A stretch of DNA of 64,000 bases from Oikopleura dioica (GCA_907165135.1 OU015570.1:2129929-2193928), one strand, 5' to 3'. Positions 1 to 11,920 are shown, counted from the stretch's first letter. Notes: a model not told the origin generated them from the sequence alone. Made by a program: numbers and translations.

Positions 1-388
1 TTCGATTAAAAGAACTTTGGTATCATGATGGGAACACTATTATTGAACAAAAAAAGTATTTTTCAGCAAATATTTTTAATAAAATCATGATAAACCTAAT
101 GTGGTGCAGAGCTTTCATAGAGAATGCACCATATATGGTGTTCTTGGCGGGTACCCCAGAAAATCCACTTTTGGCGGGCTAAGGTTAAATCTCATTATTT
201 TCAAAGAAAATGTAAGATTTTCGATAAGAAAAAACGCCACATCTGGCAAAAAAGGAGAAATATAAAATTTTGGCGCAGAAAATGTCCAAAAACTCGATAC
301 AGGCACTTTTGAAAGGTGTCCCAAGAAAACCCCTTAAAATTGCAAAAATGTCCAAAAATTTGATGTCCAAAAATTCCATAAAAAACTG
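1..388. mobile_element. Right end of a Tc1/mariner-type TIR element, cut by the window edge, inserted in the 3' LTR of retroelement 1
   Basis: Ends ...AATTCCATAAAAAACTG|TA, the same terminus as the MITEs at 10405 and 61566. LTR homology resumes exactly at the TA (389). Confidence 0.8.
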
Positions 389-544
389 TAGTAAATTTAC
401 ACTTGATTTATTGAATGTTAATATCTATTGAACAGTTGGGTGGAGTCAGTGAAGTTATCATTTTCGTCGCTTAGTCTTCGTCGGTGAGCGTCCTGCTCAC
501 GAGCGGCTGCGCGCCATTTTTTGGATCGTAATTGTTCATTCTCT
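389..544 (-). repeat. 3' LTR of element 1 (partial, interrupted by a MITE)
   Basis: 156-bp near-identical direct repeat of 18427-18582. Minus-strand AGAAGGGGG polypurine tract lies just upstream (~549-557). Confidence 0.8.
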
Positions 545-1301
545 ATCCAACCCCCTTCTAGTTCTTTTGAAACACTGTTCTTGTGGCTTTAGTAATCGAT
601 TCTGGGTTTGTTGGATAGTTCGTTCGTTCAGCTTTGAAAATTTTGTTTGGTTTACCTTCTCCTCCCTCCAAAGAAAAATAAATTTAATAGTTTTGCAAGA
701 AAAATGTTTAGACTAAGTTTAAATAATACGCCAAGAATAATTATGAACAAATCAGAAAATACAAGTTTTCAATAAAAGTTTACAAGTGAAATAAGAAATT
801 GAGCGTAAATGAAGAGCAGTTAAAATTTATAAAAATACAGCAATGAAGTTTGCCTTTTAAAAAAAATTTTCAGTCTTATAAATTATACAGTAGATATTTT
901 TGCGACCATTTTGTCGATCTTTTTGTAGTTTTTGAATATTTTTTTGTTCACTAAAGTTTTCAATTTTGTAATTTTTATGTGGAAGGATTCCTCCTTTTTT
1001 GGAATATAAATTTCACAGAGCATTATATACATAAAAATAATTTCTTTACATAAAAAATGTCAGGGGCAGCTTAGTTATCGAGCACAATTTCAATAAAAAT
1101 GTGTTGTGGTTCACGAAAAAGCCGATCCTGATTCTATCTTGTTTTCATGTTTTTCTCGCGCAACGTATTTATGCGGAGCGCGCTGCCACTTTTACACACT
1201 TCGTTCTCGCCGCTCCTCGGAGCACTACAAAATATACCAGTTCTTTTTCCTACACAAGACCGTGTTCAGTTTTTGCAGCTTATTCGAGAGCCAACATAAA
1301 A

Positions 1302-1312
1302 TGGTACCAGGA
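1302..1312 (+). promoter_or_regulatory. PBS complementary to a tRNA-Leu(TAA)-type 3' end
   Basis: TGGTACCAGGA matches the reverse complement of ...UCCUGGUACCA, known from animal tRNA-Leu(UAA). Confidence 0.6.
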
Positions 1313-1608
1313 ACTTGCTAGAACCCTCGCCCTCAACTCCGTCTACTTAAATTTTTTATTGTTGGAATCTCGCCTATTCTTTGCTGGTAGAGAACGAACG
1401 TCACCTGGCCACCTCTGGACATCCCCGCCGTTATTTTCTTGCGCTCAACGTTGGCTACGACAACAACGACCCTACTTATTAGCTGGCGCATGAATCAAAC
1501 CGCGTACGCGCGTCACTCTTTAACCGTGCCGGTTTACCGGCCACACAAAGAGTGCCCACCAAAGGTAGTTTAACCCGCTGAGCCACTTACCTCGATTTTT
1601 CGCTCATC

Positions 1609-2444
1609 ATGACCGACCTGGAAATGCTGAAAAAATGGTCGGAGGAAGTCGAAGCAAAGCTAACCACCCTGACCGTTGGTTCCGCCCATCACACGACCAA
1701 CCGAGAACTGCTAACAGCCCTGAAAGCCAAAGTCATCGCCGCGCTAAAACCCGCTCCAGTCTCCAACGCCAAATCTTCCAACGGCGATCTCACTCGCGAT
1801 CAAATGGCATCTCTGCGTTCGTCCGAGTCCGCGCTCTCGACACTCGAGTTCACCGGCCGCCATTTTGATCGCACTACACAATTTCTCGTGCTTGTCGACA
1901 AGATATACGACACGTACATCGACTCCGACGCCACACTCGAAGCTACCTTCGTCAAGCAAGTTAAAATGCTGAAAATCTTGCTGAAAATCCCTACGCCCGA
2001 CTCAAGGCAACTACGACTTCTACTTCAACCTGGGCCGAGCTGAAAGCCTGGATTACCGCCAACTTTGATAGCGGTCTCACGTCTATTCAATTGCTCACCC
2101 GGGCGATCGAGACCGACTACAAGAAAAATTCCTGCTGGAAAGCCTTCGCCACCGACGTCGATTCTCGCATGTCCGCCGCTAAAGCCGCAGTTGTTGAGCA
2201 GATACGAGTCCGCAATGCCAAAATTAACGGCAAAAGCTGTGACCACGACGACAACGCGCCATCAATCGATGACATCTTTTCCTTCTTCAGCGCCGCCGTT
2301 GTGGCAGAGAGATTAAAATCACACGCCGGCCATATCCACTCACTTCTCGCGCAAGAATGGAAATCTATCAACAACGCCGCTGATCTCGCGTGTAAAGCTG
2401 AATACTTGATAGCTCAAACTTCATCCTACTCATCCGATTTTTGA
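1609..2444 (+). pseudogene. gag-like ORF, one frameshift
   Basis: ORFs 1609-2043 and 2091-2444 lie directly after the PBS/leader. Helical capsid-like composition, no zinc knuckle or pol seen. Confidence 0.55.
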
Positions 2445-3476
2445 CTATCTACAACACTCTCAATCTTCAAAATCCTTCTTCACTCAACCCTCTGCTCGTC
2501 ATCAGCTCGGGGGGTACGATGCATCTTTCGCTCGCTTCTCCTATCTCTCATCTCTACTCTGCGCTCGACTCAAGACGCACAAAACTCAGCTGATCGACTT
2601 CGCAGACTCTCTTCTTCAACTTCTACAACTACTACGTCAACTACTTCTACAACTACAATCTCAACTTCTAAGCCCAGTTTCCGTCCTGGCACACCACTCT
2701 CCTTCAAGCCCAGCACTCGCCCTGGCAACCAACTCAACTTCCATCAACTCTCACTAAGCCCAGCGCAAGCCCTGGCACTACTACACAAATCTACCAAGAC
2801 CAGCCCTAGTCCTGGCAATCCTCACCGCTCTTCAAACCCAGCTCTAGCCCTGGTACTGCTCGCTACTCTCCTTTCTACATCTTCAAGCCCAGCTACTGTC
2901 CTGGCAATCCTGACTTCTCCTTATCTCGCCGCTACCTGGCTTCTCTCTACAACTCCAAATCCAGCTCTCGCCCTGGTAAATCTACACTTTCAACTCATCT
3001 TTAGTTCTCTTCTTCTACAATTTCACCCTGATCGCCTACTTCTTCCCTTCCGAATCACCGTGCTCGCGCTCAAAACCTGCGCCGCGCGTCCAGTCAACTC
3101 TACTCATCACCCTAGAATCATCATCGTCTGGGGGGCTGTTGTGGTTCACGAAAAAGCCGATCCTGATTCTATCTTGTTTTCATGTTTTTCTCGCGCAACG
3201 GTATTTATGCGGAGTGCGCTGCCACTTTCACTCACTTCGTTCTCGCCCGCTCTACGGAGCTCTACCAAATATACCAGTTTTTCCCTACGCTAGAACCTTG
3301 TTCAGTTTTTGCAGCTTATTCGAGAGCCAACAAATGTACAAAAATAATTTTCTTTTTTCTCGGGAGGTGTCCTCCTCTTTTTGTTTTATATTACTTTTTT
3401 TGTTGGAGAATACAAAAATTCTCATCTTTTTATTTTATAATTTACAGCGTTTCTATTTTCCAACAAATCGGGGGTA

Positions 3477-4094
3477 GGAGAATGGCGTTCCAAAAATTAG
3501 GAACGGTTCCTAAATTTAGGAACGGTTCCTTAAATTAGGAACACCATTCTCCAAAAATTTCTTTATCTCATAAATGAGAAAAAGCCGAAAATTAGGAACC
3601 GTTCCTAAAAAAATTTTCTAGAGCCCCTATTTTCATGTTCATTTTACATTTTCTTTCCCTCAGAAATGAGCGAAAAACGATTCCGGTTGCCTACAAGTCA
3701 AAAATCTGTTTTACTCTAACCCTGTTTTGATGAGAATCATATAAAAAATGCTTTAAAAATCAAATAACTATTAAACCCTTACCTTTCTTAAAGAGAATTC
3801 AAGTTTCCTAAAAGATATTTTGCATTGAATCCATCTGCTTGCCGCCAAAAACGAAATATGCGCTCCGCGCCTGTTTTTAAGCAAATTCAAGAATTTGTTT
3901 GCTTTTCGAATGAGAAAAAAAGAGACGATTGCTTCCCCTAACCCTAACCTTACCCCTAACCCTAACCCAAATTTTAGGAACGGTTCCTAATTTTAGGAAC
4001 GCCATTCTCCGCTTTTTTGTTTAAGATCTTCAGCAACGGTTCCTAAAAAATTAGGAACGGTTCCTAAAAAAAAATTTTAGGAACGCCATTCTCT
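3477..4094. mobile_element. MITE with TIR GGAGAATGGCGTTCC and a doubled right end
   Basis: Left TIR at 3477, inverted ends at ~4010 and ~4094. About six AGGAACsGTTCCT palindromes and a short CCCTAA-like run at 3935-3968. Confidence 0.7.
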
Positions 4095-5790
4095 CATCCC
4101 CAACAAATTCGTCTCTTACATTTCTGTACTCATTTGACGAGGATATTTTATTTTTGCTTGATAGCTTTCTCGTTTGAGTCCAGAAAAGTAGGAGTTTCTT
4201 ATTAGCGCTTGGAAAATAGATGTGGTATTCTGTTGTTATTATCTGGAGCAAAAGTTCTTCAAGTTTATTTTTGCCAAGATGCAATAAATGGACCGTATCC
4301 GCTTTATCGAAGAAATGCTTGAAGTGTAAGGGAGAATATCCCTTACAATAGTGTCTGAGTGCAGAAAGCTGAGCTTATATGATTTTCCCTATGTTTGGTC
4401 GCCGGAGGGCGCTTATTGAGTGAAGATGTTAGGCAAGAGTCGCTCTTGCCCTTAGCAAACGCCTGTGATCATTTCTGGTTACTTCCGGTCACTTCCGGTT
4501 CACCTCTAAATCATTGCTATAAGTGTTCATCCATTCATTTAACTTACAAGAACATAACTGAGCTAATGCTCACTTGAAACAGCGCCACCTGGTGCATGCT
4601 CTCGCGCCCCATCTAGCGTCAGCTCTTGCGCCCCACCTAGTGGACACACAGGAATAGCTCTCTAGTGACCTCTAGTGGTGGCTCAGTTGCGCCACCTATG
4701 GTGAGCACAAAGCTTGAGATCTCATCCTGATTCATCAGTGACTGAGGATCGACTTCATTCGATGAAGGTCCTGGAACATTCTGGACACCCTTACTCACTA
4801 TGACTCACGATTACGAAGGATGACATCATTTGGAGAATCTACTCGAATATTCCATCACTGTTCTAAGAAGCTTGAAGATTCATCTATCCCGATCAAGGAG
4901 CTTCTCGACTGTTCTTATTTTCCCTTTTCTGTATTATATAAAGCGTGCACTTTGCTGTTAGTGGATTATTTTATTTCAGTAGAATAAAACCGACAAAAAC
5001 AACTTGACTCTCTTTTATCCAGCAGACACCAGCAGAACCCGAAAAAACCGACAGCAAGTGCAGCACCAACAACTAGGACTCATAGAGTACTAGTGGACTG
5101 GAGAGACCCCCCAGAGATTCTTCCCCTTTATACGAAGAGCTTTGGGTCCTTTTCGAAGGATGAAGAAATATTAGAGAATGTTATTTTTGGGTTATTTTTA
5201 TTTTTGATGAAATCGTTTAACATCTCGTTAAACTGGATTCGCCTTTTGTTTTCCGAATCGTTTCTCTTTAGCAATGAAATACAAATAATGTCTGCGTAAC
5301 TATAATTTTCTCGAATGTTATTTATCAAATCTATATATTTATTTAGAATTATTTGTAACGGGGCTCTAACTTTGGTTCTGGATAATAAATCGTTGGTTCC
5401 TACCATAAGAATGATTCGTCGGATTTTGAAGGGGTGCGGAAAGGTAGTCGTTTCGAATCTGTCGTTACAAATCCAGTATAGTGCTTCCTGGGTAGGCGCA
5501 TAATATACAGTCGACTGTTTCGAAATAAGGGAGGTTTCCTCCTAAAATTCAAATCAGAAAGTTAGAATGCGGCGAAAATTTAGCTAATTAATTTTTATTT
5601 CGTATTTAATAAAACTGATAAAAATGACGATTTAGGTTATCTTTTGTCATGAAGAATTTTACAAAAAATGAAAATTTGCCCAAAATTTTGTTGGTTCTTA
5701 CTTCAATGACGCAAATCGGAGATTGAATTCGGTTGAAAGTGGCTTTTCTTCCTTGATTGTCTGAGACAATGATTAGTGATATGACGTGAG
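4094..5790 (-). CDS. Spliced SGNH/GDSL-hydrolase-like accessory gene within element 1
   Basis: Predicted phase-0 introns 5542-5701 and 4318-5133 join LIIVSDNQGR (block I-like), IILMVGTND (block III) and FFDKADTVHL..G (block V DxxH) in frame. The 3' end runs into a MITE. The 5' start is uncertain. Confidence 0.65.
4352..5071 (+). mobile_element. Putative solo LTR inside the predicted SGNH intron
   Basis: TGT...ACA ends, imperfect TSD AATAG/ACTAG, TATA-like at ~4933 and AATAAA at ~4983 near the 3' end. Confidence 0.45.
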
Positions 5791-5948
5791 TGAATCAAAT
5801 TTACGCATTTCTCATGCATCCGTCAAAACAAGGACTGATAAGCCTCGGATTCTTTTCGCGCATATAAGCAGCTCCTTCTTTTCGAAAATCAGAAACCGTC
5901 ACAAAATAGTTTTTGATCGAGAAACTACTAAAAACAACGAAAATAAAG

Positions 5949-6266
5949 ATGTCCAACGAAGCTAATGCTCTCAGCGATCCAACCTTTTTAGCTGTCGTGC
6001 TCGGCTGTAAGTATATTAAGATGGATTGAATAAGTTTTTACTTCTTAATGATTAGATGAAAAATTTTGATGGTTTTAGTCTCTCTCGCTTTCTTCATTAT
6101 CATTTTGTTGGTAATCTACTGCGTGTACAAGGAATATAGACGTTCGCGAGCCAATTCTACTAGGGAAGACCTTGTTCCCTTAACTCCGGTCGAAAACGTT
6201 CCTCGTGCATCAAAAAGTTATCACTTGTCTCTTCCAATCAACATCAATCGAACTTCCAGAAACTGA
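5949..6266 (+). CDS. 81-aa single-pass membrane microprotein (2 exons), antisense to element 1
   Basis: ATG 5949, GT-AG intron 6007-6078. In-frame product MSNEANALSDPTFLAVVLGFSLAFFIIILLVIYCVYKEYRRSR...RN* has a TM helix followed by a basic cluster. Confidence 0.55.
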
Positions 6267-7499
6267 TTCTGTCAGTATTTCTTTCTACTGGATTAAAAAG
6301 TAAGTCTTTTCAATTACTCAATATTAACATGTTTTTAGAAATAGAAAATCAAGTAAAAACTACAAAATCTCCCGAAAAACTCATTTGGCGCTAGCATCGA
6401 TTGGCTGTAATTCTACTCTGATTTGTTCCCAAATAAATTCTGCTTTCGCGAAAAAGCGTCTCATTTTGTCCGAAATAATCTTTGGGAGGTCTCCTTCCGA
6501 AAATTTGATGAGTGGAATTAAGTGAAGCCTATTCGGTTTTGAGTTAAATTTGTGAAAAAGAATGATTTTAAGGCAAAATTTGATATTTTATCGCGGTTAT
6601 TTACTTCTAATTTATCTTGAAAAACAAAATCATCTGGGCTTTAATTTGAGAAATCGAGAAAAATGTCTTAGGGAGGACTCCTCCCAAGTCTTTTTAATTT
6701 TTTCAAAATAAACGACGCTTTACAGTATAAGTATAAACTATTTTTACAATTTACGATAAGATTAAAGTTTTGTCTTTTCAATTAATTTTCAAAGAAAAAT
6801 TGTCTAATCGGAAATATGATAAAGCTTAGAATTTTCAAAATGAATTCGATAATTTTTGACCAAATGGTTCTGACGCGAACAGCCGCAAGAGAAAGATTTT
6901 CACAGATTCGGCAATGCTCGACTTGTTTGATTACTTTCGATTCCTCTTTTGTTTTTTTCCTCGACTTACTGGGAGCCCACTGATTCACACTTTTGAAAAG
7001 ATCGGCCTCGTTTTCGAGAATTATTTCAACCAAAACCAGTTTTTGTGAGTGAAATATTTTCACGAAAACGTCGCCCAAGTTTGCTTCATAAGCCCTTCGA
7101 AGTGATTATAAATCATTGGTGAGCTCTCGTCTCACAGCTTTCGCAAATCTTCTGGCTTTAGTCCATTCATATTCATTTCGATCTCAGAACTTGTTTCCCT
7201 GCGCTAGTTTTGTTAAGATCATGGAACGTTTTAAATTATTAGTCGCAACCAGGGCTGGTAAATTAGCGCACTATTTTCTCTCGAAGAAAAAATTAGTGCA
7301 CTAATTTTTTAGAGACATTTTCGCGTCTTTCGCGCCTTTAGTGCACTAAAATGACACTAATTTTTCCTCTTGGGGAAATTAGTGACTTTTCGAGAGCTGA
7401 TCAGCACTAAAGACGCGAAAAAAGGCTCTTTTTCATCATCTAATGGGCTCTTCCCGGATGATAGTTTCATGGAAGACGATTTTTGTCAGGGAAGAATTT

Positions 7500-7800
7500 C
7501 TTCAAACTGAAACTGCTGGATATTTAAAAATCAATGCATCATAAATATTGGGGAATCCGAAAATTTACTGATGAGAATTCGCGACCACGGGCAAAAATCA
7601 AAAGATACAGCTGTATACGCACACACTCAGTCATGTGAGGTTTTTCAGACAGGATTTAATGAAAAGTATCAGCAAAATAACCCGAAGTCCCGGTTTGAAT
7701 ATCTCAAATCGAAATTTACCCTGCTGCATAAGAATCTATCGTATGACAAACGAAAACATGATTCTATTGTCAAAATTGGGTTCTGCCTTATCGAGCGCAA
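7500..7800 (+). pseudogene. 3' fragment of a second Penelope-like element (GIY-YIG half)
   Basis: IGESENLLMRIRDH...AVYAHTQSC...KFTLLHKNL aligns by eye with the endonuclease of the PLE at 26010. Confidence 0.6.
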
Positions 7801-9167
7801 AAGATTGGCTTTTTTGACTACAAGAGCAAGGTTATGTGGTTTTGATACAAACTACTGTTTTATCATTCTCCTGTAATATGCCGTGAGAAACTCGAGTCAT
7901 TGCCAGATGGATAGTAGGCTGTGTGACTTTTCCATTAAAGGAATTTCTTATTTTTTGAATCGTTTCTGCATTTCGTCCGCAGCCAAAGGCGTAAAGTTGG
8001 TCGCAAAAGTCGGAATGAATTTTTTTTAATTGTTTAAATTCAATTTCAAATATTTCGTTGGAGCTTCCTTTAATAATGTATCCTAATTATTGCGTTTTCT
8101 CCAAAACGAAGTCCAAATTTAACCTTTGGGACAATAATATCGCTTAGGTCTCCGAGTTGAGACATATCGCGGATGAATATTTCATCCATGGATTTCTCCT
8201 TAAGCTTGCAAAGCTCAAGGATGATTCCCACATGAATCATCCACAGTTCCCTATTGGCTGGGCTAACTCGCCGCTCTATATTCGGCCAGCGTTTTTCCAA
8301 TTGCCTAAAAGACCACTCTCCCATTTCAGAGTCTTATTCTTTTATGACTCTTGTTTTGGGTTTTAAATTCGATGCAAAAACAAAAGTCCGGTCTGACCGG
8401 ATTCGGGGTTTTGTCAAGATTCTCAAATAAGTGTCAAAGTAGTAAAAAGTCGAAAATTTTTGGGTAAAAACTGAGGTTGTTTATTAATCCTTACTTTTTG
8501 AAAATATTCGTCTCGGTTCTCTGTCTCTCGAAATGCGATCTGACGAAAGTGCTGAGATTTTTGCTGATTATAAAGGTTGCTCTGATCCTAGCTTTAAAGA
8601 TATTTCCGTTCCCATTGACGTAACCATTAAATTTATATGCTAATTGCCATTTTGTTTGAAGTGAAGAAATAATTGGTTCCCACGCTAACGACCCTAATTG
8701 GTTATAAAATTTATAGTCTGAGAAGGTTGCTTTACCGCATCTATTTCGGTACTACTTTGAAGTTTGAAATTCATTGGAATTTCTACGCATCGATTTTATA
8801 AGGAGGTCTCCTCCGTTACTCAAAAATTTGACGATTTATTTCACGGGAGGACTCCTCCCGAAATAAAAATTCGTGATTGGCTACGCTTTGTTTGTGGCGC
8901 AGTTCGCGGCGCACCAGAGTTCATCATCGTTTTGCTTCTGAAATAGCGAGCCTTGAATAAAATAATATCGAATAAAAAGATTGCGATCGAAAAATTTCCC
9001 TTGCGATTTTAAGGTTAAAGCTGAAAAACTTTCTTAGTCAAAATTTAATTTTACAGGAATTTTTCGTTGATTGGAAGGACTCTTCCGCAACCAAAGGTTC
9101 CATACTAGGCGTAAATTGATAGCGCATTGTAAGTCAGGATGATGGTAGAAAGCCGAAATTTGTATTT

Positions 9168-11920
9168 TTAGTGTGATCTTATTTTATTCTTTTTCCTTGA
9201 TCTTATTTTTAGTCCAAAAAACATACCAATTGTCTTAAGGAGACAAACTAGCAAGTTTTTTATTATCGTAAGTGATATGATTACTGAAATTATTAAAATT
9301 ATGAAAAACGAAACTGAATGATAAATCGTCGAGACTCCTTTAACATTTTCAACCTTTTTTATAAATTTTCCAATTTTGCCTGTACCTGGTAAAAATTCTA
9401 ATTCCGGTAAAAAGGTGTAATTTGTGTGGGAGCTAAAATTATAATAAACGTCAAAGTAAGAAGCGTAATAGTTTTTCGGAATAACTAGACTTTTTCTGTC
9501 ACATAAAATAAGGACGTCCGAGTTGGTGCTAAACGTTTTAGGCGGCAAAAGATGTGTGCCTTTTTCGAGAACTTTTGTTTTCATCAGGTCACTTTCTCCC
9601 GTAATAATCTTAGCACTGGTTTTTGTTGAAAGGAGGGCTCCTCCCTTTCCAATTTGGAAGCGGCAATCTTGTCTTACTGTTTTTTCTTCACAATTTAATA
9701 CCGTGGATCTGTTGCCAGAAATAAGGGATTCTACGCATTTAGCTTCTTCATCATCGTCTTTTAATAACTCTAGAGGGCAATCAAGAATATTTTCGGTCTT
9801 TTTGCATTCAGGCGCAATTTGAATGGAAGACTTTGACATAATTATATGGCCTTTTGGAATTTGTTTTTGATGGAAGTCATTTCCCACTACTTCGGCGCCT
9901 TGTAGAATTTCTAATTCATTGTGGAAATTATGCGAAACGACAATTGGCACTCGTAATTTGATTTTGATAATAAGACTAAAAGTTTCAAGTTCGTCCTTGA
10001 ATAATCCTTCTATCGAAATACGGTCTTTGCAAAATATTTTTAAGCAGTTCTTTGGGCTCATTTTCGGATTTAAGGCTTCGCAATGTCTAACAAATAATTC
10101 TTTTAGTCTAAAATCCATTTTCGAGATAAGTAAATTAAGGGTGTCCACATACTTATCTACCATATTTTCTGCAATTTGATCGTAAAATAAATGGACTCGA
10201 TTTCTATGGATTTCGCAAAAACTTGTCTCAAGCTTGAAAATTTCCCTTCCGTTAGCTATTTCTAGGTCTTTTATTTTTCGAATGTCATTTTCCGATAGAT
10301 CGACTAAAGAATTTCTTTTCTCCCCTCTGGACGTAACACCTTCGTACATTTTATGTAAGATATATCCTCACCCGGTCCCCGCAGCGGCTCCAGCAAGTGC
10401 AATACAGTTATTTATGGAATTTGTGGACATTTTTTGTCTCCTAGTTTTCTGAAAAATGTCCACAAATTTGATAAAGAGCCTCGAAAAAAATGTCCCAACG
10501 AACTTGTTTAAATTTTTTATAAGAAAGAAAATTTGATGATTTTTCTCAAAAAATAATGAGAAAAAGAATACAAGATTGAATCTAAAGACGTAAATCTAAA
10601 CAAAAATTAAGATTTTTGACGAAAAACAGTTCTTTGCAGATAAAATTGGCTTCAATTACGAAAGTAAGACCAAAATTTAGAAGTAAAAGATATCAATTGA
10701 GAAAAAATGTCCACAAATTTGATACCCTCTTTTTTTGGTATGTCCCAAGAAAACCCCTTATAATCTGAAAAATGTCCACAAATTTGATGTCCACAAATTC
10801 CATAAAAAACTGTACCTATCTGACGTCGTTTTCTCGAATTCAGAAACAATCTTGCCGATACGTTTGGTGGCGCAATTTGCTTGCCTTCCAATGTTTCCGT
10901 TATTTTGGCGCATCTTTCTTCGGTTGTATCAAATGAAACCACTAGAAATGATCACATAGTAATTGGTACGTTTTCTCCCTTAAGTGGGTCCGAGCATGTA
11001 ATGGCCAAAGAATTATAAATTGTTATTTTACAAAAATTTCCCATTAGGTTATTACTCTCCTCTCTTTTGATTTTCTCAAGATTATTTTCATCAACCATAA
11101 AGAGCGCAATTCTAATTTTAAAATTATCTTCCATAAAAGCTTGTCCTTCCGATGATTTGAAATATTTTAACTCGCTAGCGCCTATGCCAATATTAACTCC
11201 TATTTCTGTGATGACCCCCTTAAGTTCTATAAGAATTGCATTTGCACAAATAATGCATTCTTTCCAATCACCAAAAGGATTCAAAATATTTCCCCATAAC
11301 CAATTTTTTAAGGCCTCGTCCCATTTCAGGTTCACCTTCGGCGAAACCGTCAATTTCAGCTTATCCTGGAGCACGTTCACAAAACTTTCAGTAGGAATAA
11401 TTTCACCGTCGCCTTCAGAAAAAGTACTCTTAATTATGCCAAATATTTCATAATCGCTCACTTTTTTGCCAGGTAATAAAGTCCGATTTTTAACTGGATA
11501 ATGATGATTTTTATCGATAAAATTATTGTTCAACAATTTTAAATTCGAGTGAGACGATGGTCCTAGGAAATTTTCGAATTTCTGAATTACTGAATCTCGT
11601 TTTTCCAAATGGTTTTCAGCTAAATTTTCACAATAAACCTCTTGGCAGACATTCTCGTTTCCGATGCTCCCGCTTACCCTATCCATAATTTTATTCGCAA
11701 TAATTAAATTCAAATTTGGTCTGTGAGTATCATTTATACACATCAATTCTTGGCTTTTTGTTTCTAGTTTAGGAAATCCGAAATGAGCATTTAAATCTAC
11801 AACTTTTGCATCTAGTGTTACTAAAACTTCAGTATCTAAAATTGTCGTCAACGTGTTAGTATCATTATTGAAAAATGTTTGTCCATCTACTATTATAAGA
11901 AAAAGGTGAAAAAGCCTCAT
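9168..11920 (-). pseudogene. env: env-like class I fusion glycoprotein of element 1 (~780 codons once the MITE is removed)
   Basis: Signal peptide MRLFHLFLIIV, furin site RKRR followed by QIGIALAGAAAG, C-terminal TM and basic tail. One reading frame with two TGA stops (10952-54, 10368-70) and a MITE at 10405. Confidence 0.85.
10405..10812. mobile_element. Tc1/mariner-type MITE (408 bp) in the env fusion peptide
   Basis: TIR CAGTTwTTTATGGAATTTGTGGACAT, TA TSD, near-identical copy at 61566-61975. Confidence 0.92.

Larger units (their letters stand above)
1102..3332 (+). mobile_element. Non-autonomous gag-only LTR element nested in element 1
   Basis: LTRs 1102-1296 and 3137-3332 (TGTTG...CAACA, roughly 10% diverged), 4-bp TSD AATG, PBS TGGTACCAGGA at 1302, G-run PPT before 3137. 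Confidence 0.9.

Noticed and set aside
3935-3968. Telomere-like CCCTAA run
   Set aside because: Only ~5 imperfect units inside a MITE. Not evidence of a chromosome end or fusion.
4330-5130. Alternative reading as a GGG...CCC TIR element with a degenerate TTAA TSD
   Set aside because: Also restores the SGNH frame, but the TSD is poor (GTAA/TTTA). The GT-AG intron plus solo-LTR model fits better. Not fully excluded.
10368-10954. Two in-frame TGA codons in env 1 as recoding or hypermutation
   Set aside because: The element has many other lesions, so ordinary decay suffices.
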